Origin: a virus
Lineage: Duplodnaviria; Caudoviricetes
Virus record (IMG/VR): IMGVR_UViG_3300029798_000001
Direction: 5' to 3' (one strand)
DNA length: 64,000 nt
Part shown: piece after piece, positions 9,221 through 19,361 of the stretch
How positions within the stretch are numbered: the first letter of the stretch is position 1
Layout of the letters: each line of letters opens with the position of its first letter
Program-made: the position numbers and the translations under genes
Notes under the pieces: model-generated
What the model was told of the DNA's origin: nothing
The model's input: only the letters and a program-made list of their open reading frames with translations
Database searches by the model: none

Positions 9221-9549
9221 TTGATATTAGAATTACTAACGACGCTATAAGTAAAATTAAGCAAATTTTAGAAGAGGAAAATAAGCCGGATCTTAAATTA
9301 AGAGTAGGAGTGCAAGGAGGTGGTTGCGCTGGTTTTTCTTATTTCTTTACCCTCGACGATACACAAGCCGAGGATGATTGGGATTTAGACATTGACGGTG
9401 TAAAAATCCTAGTAGATAGTATGAGTGGCGGCTACCTACAAGGCGCTGTAGTAGACTACAAAGAAGACCAGTATGGCTCTACTTTTAGTATTAATAATCC
9501 TCAGGCTGTAACCACCTGCGGTTGCGGCAGCAGTTTTAGCCCAGAATAA
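9217..9549 (+). CDS. erpA: A-type Fe-S cluster carrier (HesB/IscA/ErpA family)
   Basis: GGGCAGFSY and TCGCGSSF motifs. Confidence 0.9.
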   Translation: MIDIRITNDAISKIKQILEEENKPDLKLRVGVQGGGCAGFSYFFTLDDTQAEDDWDLDIDGVKILVDSMSGGYLQGAVVDYKEDQYGSTFSINNPQAVTTCGCGSSFSPE

Positions 9550-9613
9550 ACAAAATACCCAAAATAGTCTAGAATACACCCTCTGCTAAATACAGTATGA
9601 GGACTCAAATTCT

Positions 9614-11881
9614 ATGACTCAACAGATCATCAATGTAGGACCAGCGGCCAACGATGGCTTAGGCGATCCTATACGAACAGCATTTATTAAAACCAACGAC
9701 AATTTTAGTCAATTGTACAGTATACCACAAGCAAGCCCACCGGCTACCTTAGAAGGAACTGTTGGCGATTTTGCTGGAATGTATGCTTATAGTTCAGCTT
9801 ATTTCTATTACTGTTTTGCTAATTACACAACAGGTAATAGTACCATTTGGGCACAAGTTACTCAGGTAGCAAATATCGCAGTTAGTACCATTTCAGATGG
9901 TACTAGCAATGTTAAACTAGTTGGTCTTAATGGTGATGCTACTATTAATATTAATGGCACCAGCAATATTGCGGCATTTCGTACAACCGGTGCATACATA
10001 ACCGGAGTTGTGAGTGCTACAGGTACTATCACTGGCGCCAACATTACAGGTAGTAATGTTACCGGAACTCGTATAGTTGGCGGAAATATATCATCAACTG
10101 GCAATATTGTAGCCACAGCCAATGCCACAGCCAATAATCTAGTGGCCGTTACAAGTATTACCTCGGGTAACGGTATGTCTAGTACGGGTGTTTATACAAA
10201 TATAACATTTGATGATGGTATTGTAATTGATTACAACCCTGCAACCAGCGATGCCAGAATTTCAACCGGTGTCGGCGACTCTATAACTTTTTATAACAAC
10301 GGCGTAGGAAATATAGCCATTGTTTCTTTTGATAGTAATGGTAATATTGTTACAGGTGGAACATTCCAATCAACTGGTAATATTATAACCAATGGCATAA
10401 TTAGTGCCGCGGGTAATATCATAACCGCAGGATATTTTGTAGGAAACTTTGTTGGTAATGTAACTGGTAACTTTGTGATTCCAGGATCCAATACACAGGT
10501 AATTTTTAATACCTCTGGTAGTGCAGATGCTGTAGGCGGTTTTACTTTTAACAAAGATTCAAACACAATGATAGTATTGGGCGTAGTAAGTGCCCGTGGT
10601 AATGTTATTGCTGGTAATGTTAATACTGGTGGGCAGATTACTGCCAGTGGCAATATTTTAGGTAGTAATTTAAATACTGGAAACATTGTTAGTGCAACAG
10701 GTAATATTTTATCTGCTGGTAATATTTCCGGCGGGAATTTATTAACCACCGGAATCCTAAGCGCCACTGGCAATATATATGGTGCTAATTTAATTATTAC
10801 TGGCACAGAGTCGGATACTGGTAACATCACTGGCGGGAATTTATTAACTGGCGGACAAGTAAGTGCCACTGGTAATGTTACCGGAGCATATTTTTCTGCT
10901 CAAAACGATATCAATGCTGGCGGCAATGTATCAACTGTTGGGCTTACTGGTAGTTCAGTTAGTATTTCCGGTAATGTAACCGGCGGGAATTTATTAACTG
11001 GCGGCGAAGTAAGTGCCACTGGTAATATCACCGGAAACTATATATTAGGAAATGGTAGTCAACTCTCGGGATTGCCTGCTACCAATCTCATACAAAATGG
11101 CAATAGTAATGTACTAGTTAGTACAACCGGCGGCAATGTATCAATTAATGTCAACGGCGTTAGTCCGATTATTACAGTCACACCACTGGGTCAGAATGTC
11201 TTTGGTGCGTTGTCAGCTTCGGGGAATGTTACTGTCGCTAACTTAAGAACCGGTGGATCAATTAGTGCGGCTGGTGGTGTTACAGGTGCAAGTTTAATTG
11301 GTACAATTACTACAGCAAGTCAAACGAATATTACCGCAGTTGGTACACTTGGATCATTAAGTGTAACTGGAAATGTGACCGCTGGCGGGTATGTTGGTGC
11401 TGTTTATACTAACAGTATTGTAAACACCGGATCAAATGCTACAGGCAACATCGGTAGTTCATCATTGTACTTTAATACTGTATTTGCCCAGGCAACTACA
11501 GCACTCTATGCCGACTTGGCAGAGTGCTATTTGGCCGATGCTGACTATGCTCCTGGTACTGTATTGAGTGTTGGCGGCAACAACGAAGTAACAATTAGCA
11601 CTACAGATGCAGACGCATTAATTATTGGGGTAGTATCTACTAATCCAGCGTATAAAATGAATTCTGGGTTAACTGGGGATCATGTCGTTGCTGTGGCATT
11701 AACCGGGCGTGTTCCTTGTCGAGTTGAGGGCCCTGTAACTAGAGGTGCTATGATGGTCAGTGCCGGTACCGGTCGAGCTCGTGCCGAAGCTAATCCAGCA
11801 ATGGGAACAGTAATTGGCAAAGCAGTAGAAGCATTTGACGGTGATATCGGAACTATTGAAATAGTTGTTGGAAGACTTTAA
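9614..11881 (+). CDS. tail fibre-like structural protein with C-terminal intramolecular chaperone-like domain
   Basis: N-terminal GD.IRTAF.K.NDNF motif; repeated SATGNITGGNL beta-helix motifs; C-terminal ADLAE.Y.AD..Y.PGTV...GRVPCRV. Confidence 0.8.
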   Translation: MTQQIINVGPAANDGLGDPIRTAFIKTNDNFSQLYSIPQASPPATLEGTVGDFAGMYAYSSAYFYYCFANYTTGNSTIWAQVTQVANIAVSTISDGTSNVKLVGLNGDATININGTSNIAAFRTTGAYITGVVSATGTITGANITGSNVTGTRIVGGNISSTGNIVATANATANNLVAVTSITSGNGMSSTGVYTNITFDDGIVIDYNPATSDARISTGVGDSITFYNNGVGNIAIVSFDSNGNIVTGGTFQSTGNIITNGIISAAGNIITAGYFVGNFVGNVTGNFVIPGSNTQVIFNTSGSADAVGGFTFNKDSNTMIVLGVVSARGNVIAGNVNTGGQITASGNILGSNLNTGNIVSATGNILSAGNISGGNLLTTGILSATGNIYGANLIITGTESDTGNITGGNLLTGGQVSATGNVTGAYFSAQNDINAGGNVSTVGLTGSSVSISGNVTGGNLLTGGEVSATGNITGNYILGNGSQLSGLPATNLIQNGNSNVLVSTTGGNVSINVNGVSPIITVTPLGQNVFGALSASGNVTVANLRTGGSISAAGGVTGASLIGTITTASQTNITAVGTLGSLSVTGNVTAGGYVGAVYTNSIVNTGSNATGNIGSSSLYFNTVFAQATTALYADLAECYLADADYAPGTVLSVGGNNEVTISTTDADALIIGVVSTNPAYKMNSGLTGDHVVAVALTGRVPCRVEGPVTRGAMMVSAGTGRARAEANPAMGTVIGKAVEAFDGDIGTIEIVVGRL
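10730..11026 (+). repeat. intragenic direct repeats in the tail fibre gene
   Basis: 45-bp repeat at 10832-10876 and 10982-11026 (2 mismatches); partial copy at 10730. Confidence 0.85.
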
Positions 11882-11884
11882 ACT

Positions 11885-14356
11885 ATGACGCAACCAGTTT
11901 GGATCACTCCTCCTGGAAGTTTAGGAACCATACCAGAGGGTGTGTTCTACGCCACCCCATTGTCGGCGACTGCAGATACCACAGTATACTATCAACTTAT
12001 AGCCGGTAACTTACCACCCGGTATGTTTATTAACGAAACTGGAATATTATCCGGTAATCCTGCAGCCAAAAGTTCCGCAGAAGGTATTCCTTTGCCGGTC
12101 GCTGCCGATACCACCAGTAGATTTGCTGTTAGAGCATATACCAATACACGCCAATTGGCTGATCGTACTTTTACCATTACAGTTGCAGTACAAAATACGG
12201 TATCGTGGACTACACCGGCCGGAACGATTGGCACATATTATGATGGAAATCAAATCGTAGGACTTCAGGTTAACTATGTGGATACTGATATCTACGCCAC
12301 TCCGGTAGTAACTTTGCTCAACGGAAGTCTTCCTCCTGGACTTACTATATCTAGTTCAGGGGTCATCTCGGGATACATTAGTCCTAGTACCAATACATCA
12401 GCCACATCAACTAGTTATTCATTTACATTAAGAGTATCAAATGGACAATCTAACGATACAAGAACTTTTGATATTTTAGTATATCAACTTGAAGCAATGA
12501 CCGCCGATAATACATTTATTACAGCCGATAATACATTTATTACAGCCGATGTCAGCCCTGCCATTCCTCCGATTATTACAACGCCGACGGGTAGCATCGG
12601 TAGTGTTCGTAGTGATAATTTCTTTGCTTTCCAATTTACCGGAATTGATTTTAATTACAATCAATTCCAATTTATAGCAATTGATAATTTACCCCCTGGA
12701 TTAACTTTAGATCCAAACACTGGTTGGTTATATGGGTTTATTCCACCAGGTGGCATTTTAGCCCCGGCTTATACATTTACACTTGTTGCATGGGAAACCA
12801 ATAATCATACTGTAGTCAGTGGATCGTATGTTTATTCATTAACTATCACTGGCCCAGTAAATTCAGATGTTATATGGCTAACCCCCAGCGACCTGGGATC
12901 AATTTTCAACGGATCAACTAGCACATTTTATGTTGCCGCAGTGAATACTTCAGGATTATCGTTGACTTATCAACTATTATCTGGTAGTAATAGTCGACTA
13001 CCACAAGGTCTACAATTATTGTCATCGGGTAATATTGCTGGTCGTGTTAGTTTTGACACTTTTACCGTTGACAATGGCGCCACTACATTTGATGCTACAA
13101 CAAATTCAAACACTACGGTCGTTCCTAGGCCAACCACATTTGATTTGGTATGTACTTTTACAGTAAATGTTACCAGTGTTAATGGCGTAGTGAATGCCAG
13201 TAAGATCTTCTCAATTAGAGTAATTCGTGAGTATCAGGCACCATACAATAATCTTTATATACAAGCAATGCCACCACAGGATGATCGAGCCTTGTTGGCT
13301 AGTTTGTTACAGAGTACTTTAATATTTCCTCAACCGTTAATCTATAGAGCCGATGATCCAAACTTTGGTGTAGCCCGTCGAGTCATCTATGACCATGCAT
13401 ATGGTCTTACTGCCGCTACCTTAGAAACCTATGTAGAAAGTTTAAATCTTAACCATTACTGGAAAAATTTAACTCTAGGCAACATTAAAACGGCCCGGGC
13501 TGTAGATCCAACGACAGGTGCGATTGTTTATGAAGTTGTGTACAGTGAAGTTGTTGATAATCTAGTTAATAATGCTGGCGAAAGCGTTGGCAAATTAGTT
13601 AACACACCGTTTGTAATTCCAGTTGATACACAAATAGTATATCCTAATGCGTTAGTGGACATGCGTAATCAAGTCATTGATGTTGTCGGACAGGAAAGTA
13701 ATGTCTTACCCTTGTGGATGCTATCAAAACAAAGTAACGGGCAAGTTCTAGGATTTACTCCGGCATGGGTTATTGCCTATACCAATCCCAGACAAAGCGG
13801 ACAAGTTGCTTACAATATCAAAACTTATTTTGGCAATCGACTTGATCTTGTTGACTTCGAAGTTGATCGCTACGAGTTAGATAACTTATTAACTAAGAAT
13901 TGGGACCGCGCTGGACAGCATTGGGTACCACAACCACCTACACTAACTACATTTGATATAGAGTGTCACTACGAAGTTACTGATTACTCTGTAGGTTCTG
14001 GATATCTGGAAGGTGATATTATTAAGATACTAGGTACACAAGTTGGCGGTGTTACACCATTAAATGATATAACTATTCAAATAAATCAAGTTAATATTGT
14101 CACTGGAGCTATTTTAGGATACTTTGCAAGTGGAGTAGCACCTCTAAATTCATCCACCGCAACGTACACAAACATTACAGGAACCAATGTAGTAGGATCC
14201 GGCGTTGGTACCGTGTGGGATTTTGTTTCGGTTCCAGGAACTCCTACAGTATTTGATGGAAATAGCCTAGAGTTTACAGCCCCGGTAGATATGTATAGCA
14301 ACACTAACGAATACGATAAATACCTTGTATTCCCCAAACGGAACATTTTAGAATAA
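11885..14356 (+). CDS. virion structural protein with putative Ig domains (baseplate/tail)
   Basis: Repeated LPPGL.L...G.I.G putative-Ig motifs; in-frame 21-bp tandem repeat TADNTFI near 12500-12550. Confidence 0.75.
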   Translation: MTQPVWITPPGSLGTIPEGVFYATPLSATADTTVYYQLIAGNLPPGMFINETGILSGNPAAKSSAEGIPLPVAADTTSRFAVRAYTNTRQLADRTFTITVAVQNTVSWTTPAGTIGTYYDGNQIVGLQVNYVDTDIYATPVVTLLNGSLPPGLTISSSGVISGYISPSTNTSATSTSYSFTLRVSNGQSNDTRTFDILVYQLEAMTADNTFITADNTFITADVSPAIPPIITTPTGSIGSVRSDNFFAFQFTGIDFNYNQFQFIAIDNLPPGLTLDPNTGWLYGFIPPGGILAPAYTFTLVAWETNNHTVVSGSYVYSLTITGPVNSDVIWLTPSDLGSIFNGSTSTFYVAAVNTSGLSLTYQLLSGSNSRLPQGLQLLSSGNIAGRVSFDTFTVDNGATTFDATTNSNTTVVPRPTTFDLVCTFTVNVTSVNGVVNASKIFSIRVIREYQAPYNNLYIQAMPPQDDRALLASLLQSTLIFPQPLIYRADDPNFGVARRVIYDHAYGLTAATLETYVESLNLNHYWKNLTLGNIKTARAVDPTTGAIVYEVVYSEVVDNLVNNAGESVGKLVNTPFVIPVDTQIVYPNALVDMRNQVIDVVGQESNVLPLWMLSKQSNGQVLGFTPAWVIAYTNPRQSGQVAYNIKTYFGNRLDLVDFEVDRYELDNLLTKNWDRAGQHWVPQPPTLTTFDIECHYEVTDYSVGSGYLEGDIIKILGTQVGGVTPLNDITIQINQVNIVTGAILGYFASGVAPLNSSTATYTNITGTNVVGSGVGTVWDFVSVPGTPTVFDGNSLEFTAPVDMYSNTNEYDKYLVFPKRNILE

Positions 14357-14369
14357 ATTAGGATAACTT

Positions 14370-15248
14370 ATGACAAGTAACATTAACCCAAACAATATCG
14401 TCGGCTCCTATCCAGTAGCCGGACAGGATAATAATTCGCAGGGATTCCGCGATAATTTTACCAATACATCCACAAATTTTCAGTACGCAGCCAACGAAAT
14501 TACAGATCTGCAGAATAAAGCAGTTCTTAAAGCCGCTCTTACTGGTACTACATTAAACAACGACATGAATGGAGCAGTATTAAGTAATGCTCAACTCCTG
14601 GATATGAGCGAAACGGTTAATCCACTGGGATCACTTAGTGGGTCTGTTGCTATAAATTATACATTGGGTTCCTACCAAACAGTAACTACCAACGGTCCTA
14701 TTAGCCTAGGATTTAGCAATTGGCCTGTTGCCGGAACAGCTGGCACTGTGGTAGTACAAGTTACTGTGGTAAACACAAGTCATTCAATAACCTTTCCTAC
14801 AGCAGTATCCGTTAACACCCTTGGTATCCAAGGACTTGATACATCAACTAATGTATTGACCGTTGCCGCCGTTGGCACATATACATTTGCCTTTACCACA
14901 GTTAATAGTGGCTCATCTATTACTATCGCCGAAGTCAACAAAGAATTACAACCATTTAATAATAGCAGTGAGAATTTAGCAGATGCAGCCGCTGCCAATT
15001 TAGCTGTTACTACTAGCTACTTCAGTACAGTTACTACTACCACAGCAACCTTAGCTGATGGTGTAGCAGGGCAAGTTAAAGTATTTGCCATGTACGAGGA
15101 AAGCGGCACAATGACTATTACGGTAGTTAGCCCAGCATGGGGCGGTGCTGGAACAATTACCTTTGACACGGTTGCCCAAGCCTGCACATTGCAGTATGTT
15201 AACGGTGTATGGTTTTGCATTGGTAATAATGGCGCTGTATTTGCCTAA
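14370..15248 (+). CDS. virion structural protein
   Basis: YPVAGQDNNSQGFRDNF N-terminus; Thr/Asn/Gly-rich. Confidence 0.7.
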   Translation: MTSNINPNNIVGSYPVAGQDNNSQGFRDNFTNTSTNFQYAANEITDLQNKAVLKAALTGTTLNNDMNGAVLSNAQLLDMSETVNPLGSLSGSVAINYTLGSYQTVTTNGPISLGFSNWPVAGTAGTVVVQVTVVNTSHSITFPTAVSVNTLGIQGLDTSTNVLTVAAVGTYTFAFTTVNSGSSITIAEVNKELQPFNNSSENLADAAAANLAVTTSYFSTVTTTTATLADGVAGQVKVFAMYEESGTMTITVVSPAWGGAGTITFDTVAQACTLQYVNGVWFCIGNNGAVFA

Positions 15249-15258
15249 CCAAATACCG

Positions 15259-15287
15259 TTGACTTTCGTTTAAAGTTATTGTATAAT
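15259..15287 (+). promoter_or_regulatory. sigma70-type promoter
   Basis: TTGACT-N17-TATAAT. Confidence 0.8.
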
Positions 15288-15293
15288 TAGGAT

Positions 15294-15524
15294 ATGGACT
15301 ATCCTGAACACCCACTAATTTCTAGTCTCGACGACTTGTCTGAACAGCAACTTTTGGACAAAATAACCGAACTCAATAAAAAATTATCCATTGCCTATAA
15401 TACCGGCAATGGGCATTTATGCAATCAAGTAAGATTAGCATTAGCCTCCTATAACACCAAGTACCAAGAAAAACTTCGTAAAAATCCCGGTTCAGAATAC
15501 GACGGTGTGATTGATATATCATGA
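15294..15524 (+). CDS. hypothetical protein
   Basis: First gene after the promoter; helical. Confidence 0.65.
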   Translation: MDYPEHPLISSLDDLSEQQLLDKITELNKKLSIAYNTGNGHLCNQVRLALASYNTKYQEKLRKNPGSEYDGVIDIS

Positions 15525-16126
15525 ATGTAAGACTTAAAAATGATTTAATTTTCCAAGCCGGCGTATACTACAATGGCGAATTGCGTATGAATAATTATAA
15601 TCTACGCCTGTGGATGATTACTAATACGCACGAACCATCTAGTCACAATATAGCCTTTGATCGTATTAAATATTTTGTTTATTCTACTTTAGACAGTACT
15701 ATTTTTATCAACGAAGACAATCAAGAACAGTGCGAACAGTTACTCGATGCCGGACTTAAACTTACTACCATGCCCGGTGAACCAGTTGACCAACTCATTG
15801 GACTTATGTTATACTACAAACTTAATGCTATTACCGAAAGTCGTATGACCATAGTAGAAACAGAATTGTCTAGTGTCATGGGCGAAAATATGACCTACTT
15901 ACACAGTGAAAACGAAAATCCAGAAACTGTTATTCGTCCAGACTGGTGGAGTAGTCCGGATCTTGTACATTATAATACTGATTTAGTAGATTCTGATAAG
16001 GTAGTTACCATGCATCAAGTTAGTGTATGGAGAGATTTAGAGCTGGCTTGGCCCGACGAAGATATATCCGAATCCGGAAACACAGTTGTATTCGCAGATT
16101 TTAAGCGTAGTGATGATACAGAATAA
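15521..16126 (+). CDS. hypothetical protein
   Basis: ATGA-coupled ORF. Confidence 0.65.
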   Translation: MNVRLKNDLIFQAGVYYNGELRMNNYNLRLWMITNTHEPSSHNIAFDRIKYFVYSTLDSTIFINEDNQEQCEQLLDAGLKLTTMPGEPVDQLIGLMLYYKLNAITESRMTIVETELSSVMGENMTYLHSENENPETVIRPDWWSSPDLVHYNTDLVDSDKVVTMHQVSVWRDLELAWPDEDISESGNTVVFADFKRSDDTE

Positions 16127-16625
16127 ATTTGGTGAACTAATTTTTAATGAGTCGGATGTTTGTGATCTTGTCATGCAAGGTCGTGAGTTATCCATGCTCG
16201 ATGGTATGATTGTAGACGATACTGTAGATCTTTCTCGACTGCCAGATTTTTTAGATTCGATACCCAAGTTACAGCAACAACGATTACATTCTGCATCAGT
16301 TCCTGAATGGCATGCCCAACAGCAAGCAAACTGGCACATGCCCCAGGAATACAAAGATTTAGAAATCGCCGAATATATTCTAGGACTATGTGACAACGAA
16401 GCAGAATTGCAACGCTGTGGTGAAGAATTGTTGTTGTATCAAGAGCGTGGGTTGTTTGATTTATTGCGTTATTTAAAATATCTAGTTGATATCATGACCC
16501 AAAATCAAATAATTTGGGGAGTTGGTAGAGGTAGTAGTGTAGCAAGTTTTGTACTGTATAAATTGAGTGTGCATCGAATTGACAGCCTTTTCTATAATTT
16601 AGACATACACGAATTCTTACGATAA
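16113..16625 (+). CDS. truncated DNA polymerase III alpha (DnaE)-like protein
   Basis: WGVGRGSSVASFVLYKLSVHRID resembles DnaE GPGRGSAAGSLVAY.LGIT.ID; ends before the catalytic Asp motif. Confidence 0.75.
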   Translation: MIQNKFGELIFNESDVCDLVMQGRELSMLDGMIVDDTVDLSRLPDFLDSIPKLQQQRLHSASVPEWHAQQQANWHMPQEYKDLEIAEYILGLCDNEAELQRCGEELLLYQERGLFDLLRYLKYLVDIMTQNQIIWGVGRGSSVASFVLYKLSVHRIDSLFYNLDIHEFLR

Positions 16626-16652
16626 GTACAAACATATTCTAAAGGAAGTATC

Positions 16653-17135
16653 ATGGCCAAACAAATTTATAAATCAGCCCAAGGAAAATCAGTCGATTTG
16701 GGCACAATAAAACTGAGAAACGAACATGTTCGAGCAGTCGGCAACATGAATGTCAACGCCCGAGGAGATGTATTAGATTCTAATAATCAAGTAATTGACA
16801 AAAAAAGTAGTCAAATACAACGACAAAATGCTCGGTTAACTAATATCTCAGATGCTCCTGTACATACTAGTACTTCTGCGGCTAAACGGGCCCGAGCAAA
16901 TCAACAGTCTACGGACTCTACAGATAGTTTACCAGCGGCACCAATTACAGCTGAACCGGAACCACAAATAATCAATGCTGCACCTGCACCGGTTGAGGTC
17001 ATTGATCCGGTTGACCCAACAACCGCTGGTGGCGGGCTTGCGGCTGCCATAGCAAGATCCAAAGTTATTAAACAAGAAAAAGAAAAAACTGCAAGACAAC
17101 TACAACAAGACACTCCAGGAGTAAGGAAAATTTAA
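16653..17135 (+). CDS. hypothetical phage protein
   Basis: TAAGTA late motif and AAGGA RBS upstream; AVGNMNVNARGD motif. Confidence 0.7.
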   Translation: MAKQIYKSAQGKSVDLGTIKLRNEHVRAVGNMNVNARGDVLDSNNQVIDKKSSQIQRQNARLTNISDAPVHTSTSAAKRARANQQSTDSTDSLPAAPITAEPEPQIINAAPAPVEVIDPVDPTTAGGGLAAAIARSKVIKQEKEKTARQLQQDTPGVRKI

Positions 17136-17527
17136 TGAAGAAACATGCATTTGAATCACACAAAGTACGACGCGAACAGATTAAAGCTATTCATGATCAT
17201 GTGTTAGTATACGAAATGGCATTCGATGGTCGTAAATTAAATTCTGGTATTATCCTGTTAAATGACGACGGCAAAGGTTACGGTATTCGCCCACGCTGGG
17301 GCCGTGTGTATGCCGTAGGTAAAGATCAAAAAGATGTAAAGATAGGACAATGGATTATGATTGCGCACGGTCGATGGACCCGTGGATTAAAAATTGAAGA
17401 CGAGACCGGGGAACTTACCCTTCGTAAAATTGACCCCAATGATATTTTATTAGTGTCGGATCAAGAAGATGCTCCACAAGACGATACTCAAAGTACCGCA
17501 ATTCATGTTGACAAACAAACAATGTGA
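17135..17527 (+). CDS. groES: GroES-like co-chaperonin
   Basis: AIHDHVLV...SGIIL...GRVYAVGKDQKDVKIGQWI. Confidence 0.75.
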   Translation: MKKHAFESHKVRREQIKAIHDHVLVYEMAFDGRKLNSGIILLNDDGKGYGIRPRWGRVYAVGKDQKDVKIGQWIMIAHGRWTRGLKIEDETGELTLRKIDPNDILLVSDQEDAPQDDTQSTAIHVDKQTM

Positions 17528-17544
17528 TAGTTATCCAATAGCTA

Positions 17545-17573
17545 TTGCAATCCTGTATTTTTTGTAGTATAAT
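17545..17573 (+). promoter_or_regulatory. sigma70-type promoter
   Basis: TTGCAA-N17-TATAAT. Confidence 0.65.
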
Positions 17574-17579
17574 AATTAT

Positions 17580-17744
17580 ATGAAAAAAACAGACTGTAAA
17601 ACCTGTGGCAAAGAATACTCACCTATGTGTGATTTTATGCAAGGCCGCTGTCCGTATCATCCAGCAACGGTTGATATGTCAGTATTAAAAACTAGATTTG
17701 CAAATCTACTCAAATTCTTTAAAGGAAAAATAAAATGGCATTAA
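17580..17744 (+). CDS. small Cys-rich, possibly zinc-binding protein (54 aa, not in ORF track)
   Basis: MKKTDCKTCGKEYSPMCDFMQGRCPYHP. Confidence 0.6.
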   Translation: MKKTDCKTCGKEYSPMCDFMQGRCPYHPATVDMSVLKTRFANLLKFFKGKIKWH

Positions 17745-17923
17745 CTAGACCTACAACAACACAAGTAACACACCCACACCCTATTAAACATCGAACTATT
17801 AGTTTTGTTAAAAGTGGATTAAGAATTGTTGCTTGTTATTTTTTAGCATACTACGATATGCAATATGCAGCCGGGCTGTTCGCTGTAGCCGAACTGTTAG
17901 GTATTGCTGAAGAATTGGTGTAA
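17735..17923 (+). CDS. small membrane protein
   Basis: Hydrophobic C-half ending AELLGIAEELV. Confidence 0.6.
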   Translation: MALTRPTTTQVTHPHPIKHRTISFVKSGLRIVACYFLAYYDMQYAAGLFAVAELLGIAEELV

Positions 17924-18207
17924 TGAATCGAACCACTTGGATACAACTTAACCGCTGGTATACAAGTTTACATCGTATACAGCAGTGGTTGGTCAAAATT
18001 GGATTAGTTATAGGTGTTCTATGTTTTATCTTAGTAGTTACTCACGAACCTCGTGAACGCACCAGGCATGCTAACATCATACTTAACTGCGACCATTGCG
18101 GAACTGATCCTGAAAGAACGATATCATATAATGATTATATGAATCAAAAAGAACAACAGCAGGTTTGGTTTAAACAAGAACGAAAACGACTCCGTCAAGA
18201 AATATAG
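17923..18207 (+). CDS. hypothetical membrane protein, possibly prematurely stopped
   Basis: TM segment and CxxC; frame stays open for 20 codons after the TAG. Confidence 0.6.
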   Translation: MNRTTWIQLNRWYTSLHRIQQWLVKIGLVIGVLCFILVVTHEPRERTRHANIILNCDHCGTDPERTISYNDYMNQKEQQQVWFKQERKRLRQEI

Positions 18208-18279
18208 GATGAGCGAGGACGCCAACGCTGGTGTAGCACCCATTTGCATGATGTAAATTGCAAGAAGTAGGAGAATTAT

Positions 18280-18444
18280 ATGTCTGGAAAAAAGGTAAAA
18301 GCAATCCCTGTTATTGTTTCGTTAACTAAAGTTAACAAACAAAAGAAAAAAGCAAAAGTTATTGACACCAACGAATTAGATGCGTATAATGAAGAACGCT
18401 TGGTTTCAAAATTTGACAAAGAAAATATTAAAGGTAAAAAATGA
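18280..18444 (+). CDS. small basic protein (54 aa, not in ORF track)
   Basis: AGGAG RBS; ATGA overlap with the clamp loader gene. Confidence 0.6.
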   Translation: MSGKKVKAIPVIVSLTKVNKQKKKAKVIDTNELDAYNEERLVSKFDKENIKGKK

Positions 18445-19361
18445 AAGAATTATGGGTTGAGGCGTATCGTCCAAAAACAATTGATGGTTATGTGTTTGTA
18501 GACGATAATCAACGGCAACAAGTTGAGTCATGGATTAAAGACGGTAGCATTCCAAATTTGTTGTTTAGTGGTAGTCCGGGTACGGGTAAAACTACTCTAG
18601 GTAAGATGTTGATTAACGAGCTCGGTGTAGATGAATATGATGTGCTATATGCCAACGGTAGTAAAGAAGCTCGTAAGATTGAATGGGTGGACAAACTAAT
18701 TAGTTTCTGTCAAACTATGCCCTATGGCAAGTTTAAGATTGTGTTTATTGACGAAGCAGATTATATGAATCCGCAGAGCGTTCAACCAGCACTACGTAAT
18801 CTAATGGAAGACTATAGTCACAGCGTTAGATTTATTTTAACCTGCAACTATCCTAACAAGATTATTCCACCACTACATTCGAGACTGCAACAGTTACATA
18901 TCTTAAAAACAGATCATACCGAATTTACTGCCCGTGCGGCAACAGTGCTGGTTACAGAAGAAGTTGAGTTTGATATTGATACCCTGGATAGTTATGTTCG
19001 TGCTACATATCCAGACTTACGCAAATGTCTACAGTTACTACAACAAAATAGTCAAAGCGGCCAATTAAATGTACCCAACAGCACAGATAAATCTGCAGGC
19101 GATTGGAAATTAGACTGTGTACAGTTATTTAAAGATGGCAAGATTCGTGAAGCTCGCACATTACTTTGTCAACAAAGTACTCCTGAAGAGGCCGACGAAA
19201 TATTCCGTTGGATGTACGATAACCTAGACTTATGGTCTACTGATGTACACAAGCAAGATCAAGCAATCGTTATTATTCGCAATGGCTTAGTTAATATACC
19301 GTTGGTTGCAGATCAAGAAATTAATCTAAGTGCTACGCTATCTGAATTATGCCAACTTTGA
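18441..19361 (+). CDS. sliding-clamp loader AAA+ subunit (T4 gp44/RFC-like)
   Basis: LWVEAYRPK, Walker A GSPGTGKT, Walker B FIDEAD, ILTCNY, SRLQ. Confidence 0.93.
   Translation: MKELWVEAYRPKTIDGYVFVDDNQRQQVESWIKDGSIPNLLFSGSPGTGKTTLGKMLINELGVDEYDVLYANGSKEARKIEWVDKLISFCQTMPYGKFKIVFIDEADYMNPQSVQPALRNLMEDYSHSVRFILTCNYPNKIIPPLHSRLQQLHILKTDHTEFTARAATVLVTEEVEFDIDTLDSYVRATYPDLRKCLQLLQQNSQSGQLNVPNSTDKSAGDWKLDCVQLFKDGKIREARTLLCQQSTPEEADEIFRWMYDNLDLWSTDVHKQDQAIVIIRNGLVNIPLVADQEINLSATLSELCQL

Noticed and set aside
12500-12552. CRISPR-like repeat
   Set aside because: It is a 21-bp in-frame tandem repeat (TADNTFI) with no spacers.
9862-15220. Minus-strand ORFs opposite the structural genes (e.g. 10291..10869)
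   Set aside because: Shadow frames of repetitive Gly/Asn/Thr-rich genes; no RBS or recognisable motifs.
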